From Trichinella spiralis (Eukaryota): a stretch of DNA of 30,752 nt. Shown here one piece after another: positions 1 to 13,460 of this stretch; position 1 is the first letter of the stretch, and the number at the start of each line of letters is the position of its first letter. A model generated the notes under the pieces. That model worked only from the letters and a program-made list of their open reading frames with translations. It did not search any database and was not told the origin of the DNA. The stretch spans positions 4,626,247 to 4,656,998 of the forward strand of contig NW_003526945.1 in assembly GCF_000181795.1 (NCBI RefSeq), written 5' to 3'. The translations under genes were made by a program, and so were the position numbers.

Positions 1-235
1 ATGCCGTCGACCATAACAGGCACTGTTCGATTTTGAAAAACAATAAAAGAAAATCATCCGTTAAATTGATCAAATATACTGAATTGAACAGAATAAAATT
101 AATTACAATTCTGACCGGCTGCTGATGCGTAATGACGTGACAAACGAACAAAAGACGAGACAAAGCAGCGCTGACTGAACATTTTTTTCTCTTTTCTTTC
201 TTTGTCCACAAAATAAAATATTCAAAATTATGCAA

Positions 236-275
236 AAACAAACAAACAAACAAACAACAACAACAACAACAACAA
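236..275. repeat. (CAAA)n/(CAA)n microsatellite
   Basis: aaacaaacaaacaaacaaacaacaacaacaacaacaacaa read directly. Confidence 0.85.
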
Positions 276-1850
276 TAAATACAACAAAGAGTTGACGTTT
301 CACGTTGTCAGGGAAAAAAGACATTATCAGACAAAAGTGTACGCGTATGTGCGCTTGCTTGCCTTGGAACTTTATTGTATTCAACGGCATACAGTATAAA
401 ACTTGAACAAAAGCAACAACAAAATAGGCAAACGATAAAAACATGACGAATCGATGCAATTGATGACAATCGAGTGTAAAATATTAAAAAAACACATTTT
501 CATTGTTTTTGTTTTGTTCAAACAGCAGCTCCGTGCAACAAACGCAGTCGCTGATTCTTATGCAAATTTTCACACAGCTGCGTTTCCAAAGGCACGTAAA
601 TCCTTCTGTAATTTTTGATGACGTTCAAGAATTAAACAAAATTAAAAGAACAATCGCGCCGGTTGGACAAACAGTCTTGCACACTAGAAAGTTTAAACAT
701 ATAATAAAATAGAATAACAATAATAATAAAACCTATTTCATCTAAAAGCCTAGAAATAAAAAAGAACAACGCTTACCACTCACCTGCATCGATGACGCGA
801 TCAAGTTGAAGTGAAATTCAAATTAAAAAAAACATAAAGAAAAAATTAAAATTTGAAAATAAACAAACAACGAGCAACAATAAAAAATGAAGAAACACGT
901 GAACTTGACAAACAGTGGAGACAGACAATACGTAGGAAAATAAAAGAAAAACCAATTTGCATAACAGGAGAAAGGAAAAAAAGCTGCAAGTGAATTAACT
1001 TCTTCAAAGCTGACAACAATGCATCGAGCAGCAACGTAACGCAACAGAACATAAAGTAATAGAATGAAAATGAATATGAAATAAAATGATGCGGCTTTTT
1101 GTAAAATTCTCAAAGTGAACAACAGAGAGCATAAGCAATTGAAACTGCATCAGCGTTTTCATTACCGTCTCTTTCAACCGTTCATTGGTCGTTGATCATC
1201 ATGTTCGGCCAATCCGACCAGCCAGCCATCCAGCCAATCATCTGCTAACGTGCCGACCACCATCATTTCGCCAACCGTCTTCCCACTTTTCTCTCCGTGC
1301 GTGCTCCAAAGACACGGTCCAAAGACTTCTCTCTTCTCGAACACAGTGACGACGATGTGCCGTGCCTTCAAAGTAACTCCATCAAATAACCGCAGTTAGA
1401 GGACCCACGCATAAATATCATAACCATTATCATTAACTTCTTTAAAAGCCGCAGCCGAGCGTCATGACATTATACATTTTAGTTTATCCATCGTCCAATG
1501 GTATACATATTTTCTCTGTTCCATTCACAATTAATCGATTAATTTTTTTTCATTTTAAAAATATTAACCTTCTGTAATAGACGACCATGATTATTAAAGA
1601 AAATATTTAAATTTAAAAATTGCACGTCTCAATGTTACACTCCTGTTAATGAAGATCTTTATCAACTTCCACATAATGCCACCATTTATAATGATAATAA
1701 TTATACAATTTGACTGCGCCACTGCATAATTTCATTGTTACACATCTTATCAAGTTAACAAAATCCTTGTTGGTTATTATATTATGATCAATTAATTGCT
1801 TTGAAAAAAATATTTTCCAATTTTCTTTTCATCATAGAAACACAACGCCC

Positions 1851-1890
1851 ACACGCACACAACAAACACACACATACACAACACACAGAG
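1851..1890. repeat. Imperfect (CA)n microsatellite
   Basis: acacgcacacaacaaacacacacatacacaacacacag. Confidence 0.7.
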
Positions 1891-3556
1891 AAATAGAATG
1901 TAAAAAACACAGAAAACATACACGAGCAGACAAACATAGTCTGCATTCAAAATGATAATTAATACAACACAATTTGCATTATTTTTTTAATTCTTTCTTT
2001 CTTTTCAGAACAACTCATCACCTCCTGTCACCGATATCAACAAAACAGTGCGCAACAGAAGCAAACTCTCATGATAATAAAGAATGCGGAGTCAGAGTTT
2101 TCTTCATCATCATTTTTCTTCCCTTAGCACCCAATTCTCTGACCAGATCAAAAATAATACAATCACTTTATATGATTTAAAATTCACTTTTTAATTTTCT
2201 TACACAATAACTGTTATTCAACTGCTATCTGTCAAAAGTTGCTATACAGTGAGAGCTATTATTCCGTTTCCCTTTTATTATTCATTTATTATTATTATCA
2301 TGTTATTTCTCAACTACCACATTCACAGAACACAGAAACAAAGAATGTGCAAAACAAAAAAAATGTATATAAATATATAAACATTATTATTAAAGAACGT
2401 TTTATAAAAATTATTACAAAAAAAAAGAAATGAATGTTTCACACACACACATACACGATCGCAGAATGATGATACATACAAATTTAATTTACAAAAGAAA
2501 AAACTTTCTTCGACATTTCTTGACAAAGCACTTCCGTTCACTAACCTGCAACGCATAAATTGGCATACAATTCTTTTTTTCGCATTCAAAACAGAAATAA
2601 TACAAGTACAATTATTCAACGTACAAACGTATATTATTATTATATAGTTTGAATTTAAGAAAATGAAATTTAATAATTTTTCAAATAAACAAAAACCACA
2701 CAACTACTCAAAAATTGCAACTTTAAAATTTTTTTAGTGCATTGTTAAGTTCGATGGACAAGTCTGCTTTAAGAAACTGCCGAGTGGAATTTTACATTCC
2801 AATGCAACATTACTATTAATTTTTATTGCGTTACTACAAGCAGAGAGAAACGGAACACACATGGCAAACAAAAGAGTATACTTTCCATTTTAAAAGCAAT
2901 TAAGAAAATATTTAATGAAACATGCCTTGCGGACGTGAACAACAAACGAATAGGAAACGCAACAATTAAAGCAAAGCATGTCTTTTCACACTACATACCA
3001 CACATTACCGCTGGCTTTATTATGGACCGATATATCTACTATATTGTTTTTTTTGATGAAAATCATCTTCTTAATATTAGTTACTTTTTTAAGATAATAA
3101 GAAAAATTTCAATAATGATGATAATGATGATAATGATAATATTTGCTATAAATAAATAAATAGATTCTGTAAGAGTGACAAAACACAGTGAAAACGGATA
3201 ATTTTCGAAACCAACAGTACAACTGCTACCTAGCAAGATAACTCGGTGAGCAGCGACGTCCATCGAAAATACAACTACGATAAACCAAACAAAAATAGGA
3301 AACTGATATCACGCGGCGGTATTCGTACCAAGTTAAATTCATTGTCGAAAAATTCTTTTACATAAGAAGATTAAGCTGGCGATTAAATTAATGTATTCAA
3401 TTGTTCAAATAAACGAATACTCCATGGATACCTAGAAGACACATTAATAAAACTTTAATGCTTTGCCAAATCTAATTAAAATCAAAACTGTCATGGAAAA
3501 ACACGGTTTTATCCACGATTAAAAAGCAGCTTGCCAATGAAACTAACCTCATAATT

Positions 3557-5988
3557 TCAATAGGGCATCACTCGAGCACCACGGCTCCGCATAGGGTGTG
3601 TGCCTCTTCCTACACTTCCTCCTTGTGTTGGTGTCTCGTACTGAGGTGCTGCAAAATGTAAAGAGAAAAATTCAAAGTTCACATTTATGAAAAAAAAGTA
3701 AAAAAATTAATTTACCACTCTGATAACCATAACCATAGCCATATTCCGTTGTATAACTTTCTGTGCCTGTAGTCGTTCCAGAAACTGATGTTGGAGGCAC
3801 AGTTGTTGACGTAGCTGTAGGTGTCATTGTATAACCCCCTGCAGTAGCAGATGACCTAAAGTCAATAAATACAATCAAGTGACATGACTCTACACGGAAT
3901 AGGGCGCTCTCAAAACTCACTCCATTCCTGGCGTAGTAGCAGCAGAGTAACTGCTGTAATCATAGCCCTGAAGAAAAATAAGTTTATTTTCAAAATACAG
4001 AAAAAAGCAAAGTTTATTCCAATGAGAAAATTAAAATCTCAAACTTACAGAATAAGCTGTATAATGCTGTCCCGGTGTCAATGGGCCAGACATATGCGGA
4101 GGCATCGTCATTGGTGCGCCCATCCGTCCACGTGGCATTGCTCGTCTTTAAAAATTAATAAACATTAACAATTTCCAAACATACAAATACATATTATAAT
4201 ACCTGTTCATTGGACCCATGCGCCCACGAGCTGCAGTGATTGCAGAACTACCAGCTCGTCCGCGTCCCATGCCACTTCGCATATCACTGTATCCCAACTC
4301 AGCCATCTGTTGCAACACTATTTCATCCTTGACCTAAAAAAAATAAATAATACGACAAATGAATCATCTACAATAGCAAAATCAGCAATCTACTGGTTGT
4401 AAATAATATGTAAGTTCAGATAAAGCGCAAGCCAAACGTTGAAAAGCGATGTACGGTGGAGCTATCACTTCAATACGAACGTGCAACGGATCTTTTAAGT
4501 GGGTGAACTTCGGATCGCCTGTCGCCAACAATTCTTCTTCCTAAAAATAATTATTCAATTTATATTTCTATGTTGTAAAACATAAAAGCAAAAAATGCGT
4601 ACTCTAGACTTATCGCGGGAAGAGCCACGGCCAAGAACATAAATACGGCATTTCGTCAACTGAATCAAAGTCTGCAAAGTCTTGCCTCCAGGTCCAAGCA
4701 ATTTGCCAACAAAATTGAACTAGAAAAAATATTCAACTATCTTTACATAAATTATGGATATTCAGCTTTCCTCACTTTTGGACATTTGTGTACTGGAATC
4801 AAAACACGCCGAACAAGTCTGATATTGTGCGTGTTGTCCAATTCAAGGTATTCCGGCTCGCCACCAGATTCCAATCTTTCTATTTCTAAATTAAGAAAAA
4901 AATATTTATCAAATACAAAACAAAAATGAAATGCAATTTGAAATAAATTCTACGTAAATTCGAATTATAACATATTACAACCCATCTTAACTATCAAACT
5001 TGCATATCTATTACAAACAAAAAACTGACGTACAGTAACCTAGCAACCTAGATTGCGTCCGACGAAGAATAAAATGCTATTATATAAAATAGAATAAAAT
5101 CTTCATAAGTAAATGAATAAAATTACAGTAAAAAAAGAAAAAGAATCAACCTGAAACTGAACATTTCAATTAAAATAAATCTAACACGTCAGCTCATTGT
5201 TGAAAGTCTATTGAACTACGTTTCTCGATTGTTTATCTTAGTGACCTTTCGTCAGCGTCATAGCCGCAACCCTTTCATCACACGCATATCATCTGCTTGA
5301 TAAGCAATTCCTTTTTCATTCTGCTATTATTAACTGTTCCATCAACTGAACCCACGGTAATCACATTACTGATAACAAAAACGTCAATAAAACCAAGATA
5401 AGACAAGTTAAAAAATTAACGCGAAACCATAAATTTATATAAACGAAAAGCGTGTGGAAACTAAACAAATTTTAAAGAAATCAATTATCAATGTAAAATA
5501 GAGATGATTTTTTACGCCCTGCAATTATATCAACGATCATGAACGGCTAGATTCAAAAACTTACAGAAGTTTTAAAAAATATCTATTATAAAAAAAAGAC
5601 AGCATCTCTTGAAGAAAACCTAATTATAAAAAGTTTAATATTTCTTAAGACAAACTGATAAACGACAATTTCGAAACGCATGCATCGACATCCTACCTCG
5701 GGTAATCGTCTGACGTATCTGCGGAAAGTCGGTTCCCAGTCGTTCAAGTTCACTTCTCAACTCAGTGGCTGTTTCGCTTTCTTTGATGTCAAGAACCGCA
5801 TTTGATAAATTATCATACTGAAACGCAGTGGCGCCGGGTTGATTCTGACTGTTCAGCGCCTCGTCGTTTGTCGCCGCCGCCTGCGTCTTGTCTGATATGT
5901 AATGAACTGGAGCGCTCTGATAATTGTAAGTTGTCGTTGTGTTTTCTTCATATTCCTGGGTTCGCACAGTTGTATCGTTGTCTGCCAT
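3557..5988 (-). CDS. STAR-family KH-domain RNA-binding protein, Sam68/SLM (KHDRBS)-like; 9 exons: 5988-5697, 4885-4776, 4719-4603, 4540-4394, 4333-4203, 4145-4049, 3967-3921, 3855-3716, 3648-3557
   Basis: All junctions are GT-AG and phase-consistent. Translation gives Qua1-like ELRSELERLGTDFPQIRQTITREIERLE, maxi-KH RVLIPVHKCPK|FNFVGKLLGPGGKTLQTLIQLTKCRIYVLGRGSSRDKSR|EEELLATGDPKFTHLKDPLHVRIEV, Qua2-like VKDEIVLQQMAEL, an RG-rich segment, a Tyr-rich tail (YTTEYGYGYGYQ) and terminal RSRGARVMPY*. Confidence 0.92.
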
Positions 5989-7640
5989 TTTTAGGATATG
6001 CTAAAACAATACCAACAACACGATGATACACAATTACTCTGCTTGCGAAGAATACGGTAAGTCATTCACCACAGAAACCAATCGATATTGCCAACCTAAA
6101 CATCAATAAAGCTGTTCGTTGTGATTTTGGTAAAAAGTGAGCTATTGCTTTCGAAAATTTTTAATAATTTAATTAAAATTTAATTCATGCAATATTCAAG
6201 TTTATTCATATTTTTTAATCCACAAGTTTAACGCAGCTCACTTTATGACATACTGTATTAATGAAATTTTAAGTATCTGTCAAAAATGCTAAATTGTAGA
6301 ATATGTTTGTTAAAAACATTTTCTAAATAAATTACTCTAAACTAATAGACATATACCAATATTTTAATGCTTGAGAATAAACTTTCCGCGTCATGCTTAC
6401 TGTGGGAGGGGTTGATGACAGAATTCAATAAAGTATAAAAAAATATTTATTTTGATTAAAATTAAATAGAATTTCATTATTATCTAGAAAAAATTAATCT
6501 AATTTGTAAAATGCTATTGAAAAGACCTTTAACCCAAAGTTACTGTTTTCCATTTGTTATTCAAAACAAACATTTTCAACTATTTATTTCAACTCAAATT
6601 CGACTCTTTAGATTATTCAACTTAAGATAAACATGAAATAATAAAATTGATGAAAAGAAGCGGTCAATATCGGCTCTATCTGTGACAAGTGCTTATTCTG
6701 AATAGTCGTAATATTCAGTGATACAGTATGCACGTTACTGTTGACAGTCAGCAATTAGCAGTTAATTTTATAATCATAGACCGTTGTGAGAAGAGTTTTT
6801 TATTTGCAACATTTCAGTTTGTTCGTAATGAAAGGCTTTAATCGGTATCAATGTAAAAAGTGTCTTTTCGACTGGGATCTATGCCACACAGACAAGACGG
6901 TGAAAATACGGTTATGATTTTAGTCACGTTGGCCGGCTGAGAATCGACGGTGTTTTGTTGAATAAGGAACTATTATTGCAAGTATCCTGTGAAAAACTAC
7001 AACGAAACCAGAATTAGGCATACATGATGAATACCGCTGATCGCCTATTCGATTTTCTGTACGAGTTCGGTCAACATGGAATCTGGCTTCAGCAGTAATG
7101 GAAATTGGCACTTAGGCTGGCAGAGGCGAGATTGACTTTCTCACTAATCACGCGTGAGGGCGGCTTAAACGGGAATCGCAACGCTGGATGAAAAATTGCT
7201 CGTAGCTGAACATGCAAAAGTGATATTCCGACAGAGCGTTGACAAAATTTTACAATTATACGATGATCCGTTGCCAAACTGCTAAAAATGTTAATGTGAA
7301 TAGTTGCAAGGTTGATTTGTTGTCTAGATTTGCCTTGTTATTGTTATTTTTGTCTGATTGTTATATCTGATTGAAAATTCTGCTAATTAAACGACAGAAA
7401 ATTTCAATTAATAAAAAATGAAACTTATTTTTTAAAAATAAATAAATAAATATAAACTGGGACAATGGAAAAGAAGACTAATTACGAAATTATTGAACTT
7501 GATTATTATTAATTTAAAAAAATATTTGATGTGCTGAAATTTTAAACTAAGCTTTGGTTTAAATTGCAACGCAGTTAAAAGCTTCATATTTACTGAACAT
7601 TTATTTTTCGCACGTCTGGTGCACTGGTGAATCGTGCCAT

Positions 7641-8020
7641 ATGGACTCGAAAGCGATATGTTTGTTTATGGCTTTTTCTGTGTTGTTTCCGTAAGAATAT
7701 TTTTTTTCATCTGCTTCTAATAAATTTAAAATAATATGTTTCATAGGAAAAGCACCTCTGGGTTTGTTTGGGAACTATACAAAGCGAAGAACAGTACCGA
7801 CAATCAGAATTATGAAATAGTTAGCAAATCTGCGTTTGGCTTCATTATCCCGATCGTTGTCGTTTTTCTTATTTTGCTGAATTTGGCGGTGATATTTCAT
7901 TTTCCATGCAATGTGCTGTTTCAGTACAGTAAAACGTTGTGCAAGCGTCTGTGCAAGTCCTGCCATCACGAGGACGAGGAAACCTTACTGGATTTTGTCG
8001 ATGAAGCCTTTTTAATCTAA
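7641..8020 (+). CDS. Small predicted type-I membrane protein (about 107 aa); exons 7641-7690, 7747-8020
   Basis: MDSKAICLFMAFSVLFP joins in phase (cc|gtaag...tttcatag|g) to KSTSGFVWELY. This gives a signal-like N-terminus, an NST sequon, a TM segment FGFIIPIVVVFLILLNLAVIF and a Cys-rich then acidic tail. No family recognised. Confidence 0.7.
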
Positions 8021-8565
8021 CAAAAATCTACTTATTATTCTTACTCTTGTATCACCCATGTAGTTATGTTTTTAACTGTTTATTATGTTAATTTATTTTC
8101 GTGTAAATGCGTTTAGCTTTATGTCCAGTTGAAGCGCAATCGAATGCTTTTGAACAACGTCTACAAACATTTATTAAAACAAGAAATTTAAAACCATTGA
8201 AAAAGAAAAAAGAAGCAATTAAGGAACAAAAAAAATAACTAAAAAATTCGTGAGCTCTCGTCCTTTGTAATCACTCTGATGTTAGCATGCTGATTTATTT
8301 TTTAAAATTTTAATACTGCTCAATGAACGACATAGGCACACCATCACAAACGTAAACTAGACTAAACTGTTAAAAAAGTGCTTGCCATTGTAAAATTATT
8401 AAAGCAACATTGGTAGACAATTTGATAAAAAAAACCAACACAGAAAAATACTGAACATGGTTGAACAAAGACAAATTAACAAATATAATATTCATCACTA
8501 CTGATGTAGATTCACAAAAATAGTAATAATATGATAAAGTGCTTGAAATCGTCACAGCATCATGA

Positions 8566-10871
8566 TCACGGTTTAAAACCATATGGAGGTGGAGGCTGAT
8601 TTGGATAAGGTGGATAGGCGCTATAGGTAGCCGCTTGTGGTGGATATCCGGCGGATGACGGCATTCCATCAGAAGCTGGATATCCTGGTGGAGGAGGTTG
8701 GCCATATGGTGCGGAGCCGTATGGAGCGGCAGGAGGCACGTTCGGATTCACACCAACCGGTGTATACGTCTCTTCTTGACTGTGATTTGTCGGGCAAATG
8801 CAATCCAAAAAACGCCTCGATGATTTGTAAACAAGAAATGCAATACACCCAACAAACAACAATGTAAAGATCAAACCAAATCTATAAAAAGAAATATATT
8901 TAAAAAAAACTTCATGTTTCAAACAAAGGCAAGTTTAAAAATTAGAAATTTTCATAATTCAATTTTCCATTAGCAAATTTTACAATATCTTTATTTCTAA
9001 AACACTTTTCTCACTAAAAATGCTACTGTACATAAAGACAACACACACAGAACTCGCATCTAAGCAATATGCAACAACTGGCAAGTCTCTAATTAATCAA
9101 ATAAGTAGCAAAACAAAGTCAGTTGGCATTTTTTGTCAATAAACTACTTGACCATGGCCGTAAACCTGGGATGCAGAAAAAGAAGTTCACTTGTTGTTCA
9201 ATGATGTGCAAGTAGATTGATCAAAGCATAAAAGACGAACAAAAACATATGAACCTGAAAAACACTCTTCTTTGGACGAGAATCACTTGTAAAGCAATTC
9301 CATCATCATTTCATATTTCAAATGAAAAAATGGCAAAGAAAAATAACGTTAATCACTGTAATTAAAGAATACTTTTAATAATCCTGCTTACAACAAAACG
9401 TAAACAATGAAATTACATTCATTTCGTAGTTATAAAAAGACAAATGTTTATTAAATCACTTTTCAATTTCATTAAGTAATAAAATTTAAATGTAATCCAA
9501 AAGCTTACACTATTCCCCACCAGCTGTTGGATCCACCAGAATAACCACCACTACTACCACCCATCATCGTACTACAGCATTCAATTCCACAGCAACGTTG
9601 CGTACGTGCATCACATCTTCAAAAAAAAGAAAAAGTTCAAATTATACACTTAGAAAAATCAACACCAATGCCTAAAATAATCTTTCACGATCTCGGTTAC
9701 ATTTTATCAATAGTTTTCAAAGTAAATTTACACTATTTTAATTTTGCTTATCAATATCAATCTTTAAACAACTGGAAACGATAGTTGAGTAGAATTCATG
9801 TTCGAATAAATTACTTATTCTACATTTATTTAAATTGGAAAATAATTCGAATTTACAAGAGAAAGTCATTCATTATTCTGCCAGCACAGAAATTAAAGTA
9901 CATGAACTCTAGTTTTTGATTAACTTCAAGAAATTCAAGAAATGTGACATGGTTTGGTTAAATGGTCATATTTCTCAAAATGTCAACACTTAATTTAATG
10001 TTTCTTTTTCATTTGTAATTTAATGCTTCCAAAGCAATTTCAATTAGCTAAAATTAAAAAAACTGACAAGAAAATAATATACTTACTCATATATTATTTG
10101 AGTGACGTTGGCACCACCACCAGAAAATTGACTCGCCTCATCGCCACTCAACGTGTACTCGCAACGAATTTTAGATGATGACGACTAAAAGTGTTCAAAT
10201 TTCATATTAAAGTATTATACGACGTGACTGAAAGAATGATGCAATTTTTGGAACCGACAAAATTGCATTGCTGCATATTTGATAATTCCTCAACTATCAA
10301 ACTTTTCACAGAAGCTTCATTTGAATACTGCAGATACAATACGTAATGTTATCAACGTTCTTAAAAAATAATGTACAATGGCGCAATTAATCTGTACTTT
10401 CAGTGAATTTTTAACTCATCTCATTCATTTATTAATTGAATAAACCAACTTACTAAACCAGGATAATAGTCTGAACCAAAGTAATATGGATGACCATTGT
10501 ACATCAACATTCGTCCAATACCTTTTGCAACTTTGGATCCAATATAAGCTGCGGCAAGTCCAGCTACCACTTTTTTCGCAGTGGAACCAGTCATCATGCC
10601 TTTCAAGCTACAAAATTATAATACTAATTGTCATCGTTCAAAGCAAATAACAAAATAAAATAATGCTCTTATACCCTCCACTTTTCGGCTTCATTTTGGG
10701 TGTGCCAACATAATGACCATAATTTGTTGACATTGGCTTTGTCTTCGGAGTATTTCGGGATGAGCCCTTAAACCATGATCCACGACTACTAGTGGGCTTC
10801 ACCTTCAAGGCAGTCATATGACTACTGAGTGTGACAATCAGAATAATTATTGCAAACAACCACTTCTTCAT
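8566..10871 (-). CDS. CX-module / Shisa-like single-pass membrane protein; exons 10871-10675, 10607-10454, 10184-10087, 9616-9509, 8881-8566
   Basis: Signal peptide MKKWLFAIIILIVTLSS; G/A-rich AGLAAAYIGSKVA; YNGHPYYFGSDYYP..IRCEY..IIYECDARTQRCCGIECC (CX-type Cys module); TM WWGIVFGLIFTLLFVGCIAFLVY; Pro/Tyr-rich tail ending PPPPYGFKP*. All splice phases agree. Confidence 0.85.
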
Positions 10872-12182
10872 GGCTGCTAAACGACAGAAACAGCAAAATT
10901 ATTATTCAAGCATTATCATCATCTAGTGTTAATCAAATAAACAGTCTTTGTGACGGTGAAAATGAAAAAGCAATGCATTTCCTCGACAATGAATTGTTGA
11001 TAAACAAGTTCTGAAGAGATAAAATAATTGAAAATCAAAAATAATTAAGCTATAGTTCATAATATGGATTACAAAACAATTAAATATAAAATAACATGTA
11101 ATACAGTGTTGAATACTTAAAAACAAAAAGAAACCTGTCAGTGTTTAAATAACAGCAAATAAGTCGAAAACAAGAACGAATGACCTACATCGAATGACTG
11201 TTCACTTATGCTTCAAACGTAAACGCTGATGTCATGCTTACCAAAATAAGTAATGAAAAACACTGTGCTAAATACCTCAAAAATACGTCACGCACACAGG
11301 GCAACTACCTTTTTCCCATACGACTTTCTTTTATAAATTACAGTATCAAAACAGAATGACAGACAGGTATTAATATTAATATGAAGTCAACAAACTACAA
11401 CAAAGTGACAATAATAAACAATTTCTTAAAACATAAACACTTTTTATGATTTTAAAACATACTATTTTTTAAAATAATGCTATGATTTAAGTACTATTTC
11501 AAAAAAAAACTTTCAGAAACATAACTCTATTTTTTAATTGATTGTCAAATACGAAATTAAAAGCAGCATAAAAATCAACTGAATCAAAAAATTTATTTAA
11601 AAATTCTGTAAAATTACAAAAAATACATATTTATTTATCTTATTTATTTCTGTTGGCCACTGTTACAGTTATACTTCAAGAATTTCTAAACGCAGGTAAA
11701 CTGTTTGCCACTTTCTTGGTTTGTTAAGTTGATACTAATGTTGAAATTATTGCTGTTATGTATTTTCTATTTTTCTTAGACTTTTTAAAGTTTTATCTGT
11801 CAGCGTTTAAATTATTAAATGCTATACTTTTAAATATAACGAAAATAACAATAAATTAGATAAAAGAAGAATAATAACATTGAGATAAAAAATTTAAGAT
11901 CATATTTACGGCAAAAATTTTACACTTCCAAAAATTCACTCAATTATACTAGAATTTATTTAAATTAACTTTCAGAAATAAAAATAAATGGTTTACTTCA
12001 AAGTACTTTGTCGAAACCTGATAGTGTCAAATTTAATAAGTAAAAAATTTATTTAAAATTTTATTAATTATATTAATTATAAATACTAAACAAACGGCTG
12101 TTTATCTACTTTGATGTAGGATAATAGGAATTATACTTGAAGTTTACAAAATGTACAGTATCACATATTGAAACCACTGAAT

Positions 12183-12752
12183 ATGCTACGGAACACTTTT
12201 CAAAGTGGATACTTATCTTTACTTTTCAGTCTTGGAAATAATCCATTGCAAATTTGGGATAAGCATGCTTCCAAGGGAACAATTCAAAGACTCGAAGATG
12301 GCGATATAAAATCAGAAGTAATAGAATTGTCGTCAAACACTGTTTGTGAAACATTCATATCATGCCCTATTTCTTCTGAAGACGTCCTGGCAATAAAGCT
12401 TCCCTTTTTAATTCTGACAATTAGAAATATGGAAAAATACTTTTCATTCGAAATACATGTTCTCGACTCAACTGGGGTGCAAAGAAGATTTTGTGTGAAT
12501 AATTTCCAAACTTGCTGCAGAATAAAGCCAGAAATTTGCACTGTGCCTTTGAGAATGGAACCTGGATGGAACACTGTTCAGTTCAATTTAATGGACTTTA
12601 CAAAACGTGCATATGGGACAAATTTCATTGAAGCTCAACGCATCATTATCTATGCAAATTGCCGTTTGCGCCGAGTGTTTTTTTCTGATAAACCTTACCG
12701 GGAAGACGAAATTCCAAGTGAATTTCGCCTTCTTTTGCCAGTTAAAAAATGA
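12183..12752 (+). CDS. CFAP20: CFAP20/BUG22 (DUF667) family protein, single exon, 189 aa
   Basis: MLRNTFQSGYLSLLFSLGNNPLQIWDK...IKLPFLILTIRNMEKYFSFEI...GWNTVQFNLMDFTKRAYGTNFIE...ANCRLRRVFFSD...EDEIPSEFRL is colinear with CFAP20 over its whole length. The true start is the ATG at 12183; the ORF track begins at an upstream TTG. Confidence 0.93.
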   Translation: MLRNTFQSGYLSLLFSLGNNPLQIWDKHASKGTIQRLEDGDIKSEVIELSSNTVCETFISCPISSEDVLAIKLPFLILTIRNMEKYFSFEIHVLDSTGVQRRFCVNNFQTCCRIKPEICTVPLRMEPGWNTVQFNLMDFTKRAYGTNFIEAQRIIIYANCRLRRVFFSDKPYREDEIPSEFRLLLPVKK

Positions 12753-13460
12753 AAATAAAATACGATATATTTCTTCGTTTGTTTGCTTTTTGGTATCATA
12801 TCATATTTATTGTAGCATAATTCCTTAAAAATTTTAAAAATTATTTGTAAATGCGAATATTTTGTTGTTGCGTTTTGTAATTTAAAATGTGATTAATTGT
12901 TTTAACGTAGTCGATGATGAACAGCTCTGAAACTTTTATTAAAAAGATTATGTAGATTAGTGGAACTAATAATAAAAGTGAATAATATTCAATATAATGA
13001 TGTAATATCAATGTCTGTATACTTTGTGTTATATGTTTCTATTGTTTTTACGATTTGTTTACATTGTCATATACATTTGGTTTGTAAAAAATTTATATTC
13101 TATAAATGTATTAATTAATATCAGAAAACATGTGGATTGTATAAATATATAACTTTAGAAAGTACTGTAATGAATAAACATCATTATAAATCATGAACCA
13201 TTAGCTGTTATTCTGTTAAAACTTGTCATAAATAAATAAACAAATATGTATATGGAATATGTAACTTTCCAATCAATATTAATTAACGAAAAAGTTAAAT
13301 TAAAACCTGTAGTTTAATTATTACTGTAGCGAAAAAAATCATGAAATATTTTTAAATATGCATAAGAAAATAGCTGTTCAATGCAGTTATGCAATTTTCA
13401 AATAACGTGATAATGTTCTAATAAATTACATTCCTTTATTGCTCATTTAACAGTTTACAT

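Noticed and set aside
103..3263. Many 60-126 aa ORFs rich in F/I/V/C or K/N
   Set aside because: They are translations of A-rich low-complexity and microsatellite DNA with no motifs; the region is more likely UTR, intron or intergenic.
12284..12574. Antisense ORFs over real genes (also 5802-6026, 8637-8867, 20072-20359, 22258-22464)
   Set aside because: They are shadow frames of recognised coding exons.
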